From Nanobdellota archaeon (GTDB lineage Archaea > Nanobdellota > Nanobdellia > Woesearchaeales > UBA11576), in NCBI GenBank assembly GCA_042576705.1, contig JBHPEY010000004.1, positions 1,393 through 65,392 on the forward strand: a stretch of 64,000 nucleotides of DNA, in the 5' to 3' direction. Shown in pieces: positions 61,761 through 64,000 of the stretch (its first letter is position 1; every line of letters begins with the position of its first letter). The translations under genes were made by a program, and so were the position numbers. Below the pieces are notes generated by a model that was not told the DNA's origin, did no database searches, and saw only the letters and a program-made list of their open reading frames with translations.

Positions 61761-64000
61761 ATGACAGACGAACCAGAACAGGACCCAGAGACACCTCCCG
61801 AAGATACAGAGACTGCTACAGAGGAAAATAACGACCGTATCATACCTACAGTAGTAGAGGACGAAGTAAAGCGCTCATACCTCGACTATTCAATGTCTGT
61901 CATAGTAAGCAGGGCACTCCCTGACGTAAGAGATGGGCTAAAGCCAGTCCATCGAAGAATCCTTTTCGCCATGAACGACCTGGGCATGCTCTCTACAAAG
62001 CCTTTCAAGAAGTCCGCAAGGATCGTCGGTGAGGTGATAGGTAAGTACCACCCGCACGGCGACTCTGCAGCCTATGACACAATGGTCAGGATGGCGCAGG
62101 ACTTCTCACTCCGCTACCCGCTTATACAAGGCCAGGGCAACTTCGGTTCTGTTGACGGTGATTCTGCAGCAGCGATGCGATACACAGAAGCACGTCTCTC
62201 AAAGGTCTCAGAAGATATTCTCGAGGACATAAAGAAGGACACGGTTGATTTCCAGCCGAACTTCGACGGTGAGCTGAAAGAGCCGGTCGTTCTGCCGAGC
62301 AAGATCCCGAACCTTCTTGTGAACGGTTCCAGCGGTATTGCAGTAGGCATGGCAACAAACATCCCTCCGCACAACATGTCTGAGGTCATTGAAGGAACGA
62401 TTGCTTTCATCGACAATCCTGAGATATCCCCTGACGAGATGATGGAGCACATCAAGGGTCCTGACTTTCCGACCGCAGGCATCATTTGCGGCATCGGCGG
62501 TATAAGGGACGCGTTCAGATCCGGCCGCGGCAAGATTAGAGTGCGCGCCAAGACAGAGTTCGGCACTGTGCATGGCAGGAACGCAATAATAATCACTGAG
62601 ATACCTTACCAGGTCAACAAGGCCATGCTGATAGAGCACTCAGCTGATCTTGTGAGGAGCAAGCACCTGACAGGCATCCATGACATAAGGGACGAGTCTG
62701 ACAAGGATGGTCTCCGTGTTGTCTTTGAGCTGAAGCATGACGCGACTCCAGAAGTCGTCCTCAACCAGCTCTTCAAGCACACAAGGCTTGAGACAACATT
62801 CGGCATAAACTGCCTCGGATTGATAGACAATGCCCCAAGACTCCTCAATATCCGGGACATCCTGGGATGTTTTGTCGACCACAGGAAAGAGGTAGTCACG
62901 AGGCGCACAAAGTTCGACCTGAACAAGGCAGAGGAGCGCGCCCACATCCTTGAAGGCCTGATAACTGCGTTGAATGACATCGATAATGTTGTCCAGAAGA
63001 TAAAGCAGTCCCAGGATGTAGACACTGCAAGATCACTTCTCATGTCTGACTACTCATTGACAGAGATCCAGGCAAAAGCGATCCTGGATATGCGCCTCCA
63101 GAAGCTAGCTTCACTGGAGCAGGAGAAGATAAAGGACGAGCACAAGTCCCTCCAGCAGCTTATCGCAGAGCTGAAAGGCATCCTGGAGTCAGAGCAGAAG
63201 GTAAAAGACATAATCAAGCAGGAGCTCAATGAGATGAATGAGAAATACGGTGACGCAAGGCGTACAGAGATAAGCACCGACGTGGAAGAGGACATATCTG
63301 TAGAGGATCTTATCGAAGAAGAGGACATGGTAGTCACCATAACCCACGCAGGCTACATAAAGCGCATCCCTGTTGACACATACAGGAGCCAGGGCCGCGG
63401 CGGAAAAGGCATAATCGCAGCTTCAATGAAGGATGATGACTTTGTAGAGCATCTTTTCATAGCATCCACGCACGCGCAGGTGCTTCTTTTCTCGAACCAT
63501 GGACATGTATACTGGTTGAAGGTGTATGATATCCCTCTCGGTTCAAGACAGGCCAAGGGAAAAGCTATAGTCAACCTCATAAGACTCAAGGAAGGCGAGC
63601 GCATCAAGGCCTTCATTCCAGTGCGTGAGTTCGATGACCAGCATTATGTGATGATGTGCACAAAATCAGGCACAATCAAGAAGACATCGTTAGAGGAGTT
63701 CTCAAGGCCAAGGCGCGGCGGCATCAGGGCAATCAACATAAACCAGGGCGACGCTCTGATGGACGTTGTCATGACCGACGGCAACATGAATGTGATAATA
63801 GCGACGAGAAACGGCATGGCTATAAGGTTCTCAGAGAACGATGTCAGGCCCATGGGCCGCGCAGCGGCAGGTGTCAGAGGTATCTCATTGAAGGACAAGG
63901 ACTCTGTGATAGGTATGATTCTCGCAGAGGATGAGAAGACCATCCTTACAGTGACTGAGCATGGCTATGGAAAACGCACACCTGTCTCTGAGTATCGTTT
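61761..64000 (+). CDS. gyrA: DNA gyrase subunit A (3' end beyond the window)
   Basis: My own translation from the ATG at 61761: ..[100 protein letters not shown].. The frame stays open to base 64000. It is absent from the ORF track because it has no stop in the window. Confidence 0.93.
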   Translation, partial: MTDEPEQDPETPPEDTETATEENNDRIIPTVVEDEVKRSYLDYSMSVIVSRALPDVRDGLKPVHRRILFAMNDLGMLSTKPFKKSARIVGEVIGKYHPHGDSAAYDTMVRMAQDFSLRYPLIQGQGNFGSVDGDSAAAMRYTEARLSKVSEDILEDIKKDTVDFQPNFDGELKEPVVLPSKIPNLLVNGSSGIAVGMATNIPPHNMSEVIEGTIAFIDNPEISPDEMMEHIKGPDFPTAGIICGIGGIRDAFRSGRGKIRVRAKTEFGTVHGRNAIIITEIPYQVNKAMLIEHSADLVRSKHLTGIHDIRDESDKDGLRVVFELKHDATPEVVLNQLFKHTRLETTFGINCLGLIDNAPRLLNIRDILGCFVDHRKEVVTRRTKFDLNKAEERAHILEGLITALNDIDNVVQKIKQSQDVDTARSLLMSDYSLTEIQAKAILDMRLQKLASLEQEKIKDEHKSLQQLIAELKGILESEQKVKDIIKQELNEMNEKYGDARRTEISTDVEEDISVEDLIEEEDMVVTITHAGYIKRIPVDTYRSQGRGGKGIIAASMKDDDFVEHLFIASTHAQVLLFSNHGHVYWLKVYDIPLGSRQAKGKAIVNLIRLKEGERIKAFIPVREFDDQHYVMMCTKSGTIKKTSLEEFSRPRRGGIRAININQGDALMDVVMTDGNMNVIIATRNGMAIRFSENDVRPMGRAAAGVRGISLKDKDSVIGMILAEDEKTILTVTEHGYGKRTPVSEYR

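Overview
Compact archaeal chromosomal segment, about 90% coding. The informational core is clear: RadA, RadB, an RPA-like SSB, Topo VI A/B, DnaG, Hjc, FEN1, EndA, RNase Z, RNase J, ABCE1, MBF1, Rio1 with aDim2, TrmI, Trm5, ScpB and uS2. A gyrA gene absent from the ORF track starts at 61761 and runs off the right edge. Many genes have a TTTAWATA-type box 21-27 nt before the ATG (leaderless style) or ATGA/TGATG start-stop overlaps. Several proteins carry long acidic, Pro/Glu-rich or Gly-rich tails. By inference only, the gene content, multi-intron tRNAs and heavy investment in secreted proteins suggest a small-genome, possibly DPANN-like, uncultivated archaeon. I found no CRISPR array, rRNA, transposase or integrase. 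Points worth a second look: (1) an AbrB-like gene, a 3098-aa sequon-dense surface protein and a second surface protein, preceded by six exactly 20-bp-phased TTCAGA-type repeats; (2) an ~85-nt conserved intergenic element present five times in one orientation; (3) four intron-containing tRNA genes, three with an extra T-loop intron ending GAAAG; (4) an atypical tRNA-Thr with a 25-nt att-like duplicate of its 3' end; (5) a perfect 94-bp tandem repeat; (6) an 884-bp hairpin-rich non-coding gap; (7) an operon of three paralogous coiled-coil proteins; (8) tandem STT3/AglB-like paralogs, an SLT-like secreted protein, a QueC-like PP-loop protein twice the normal size, and a voltage-sensor-only gene divergent from a K+ channel gene. 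All functions are read from motifs by eye; no database search was run.
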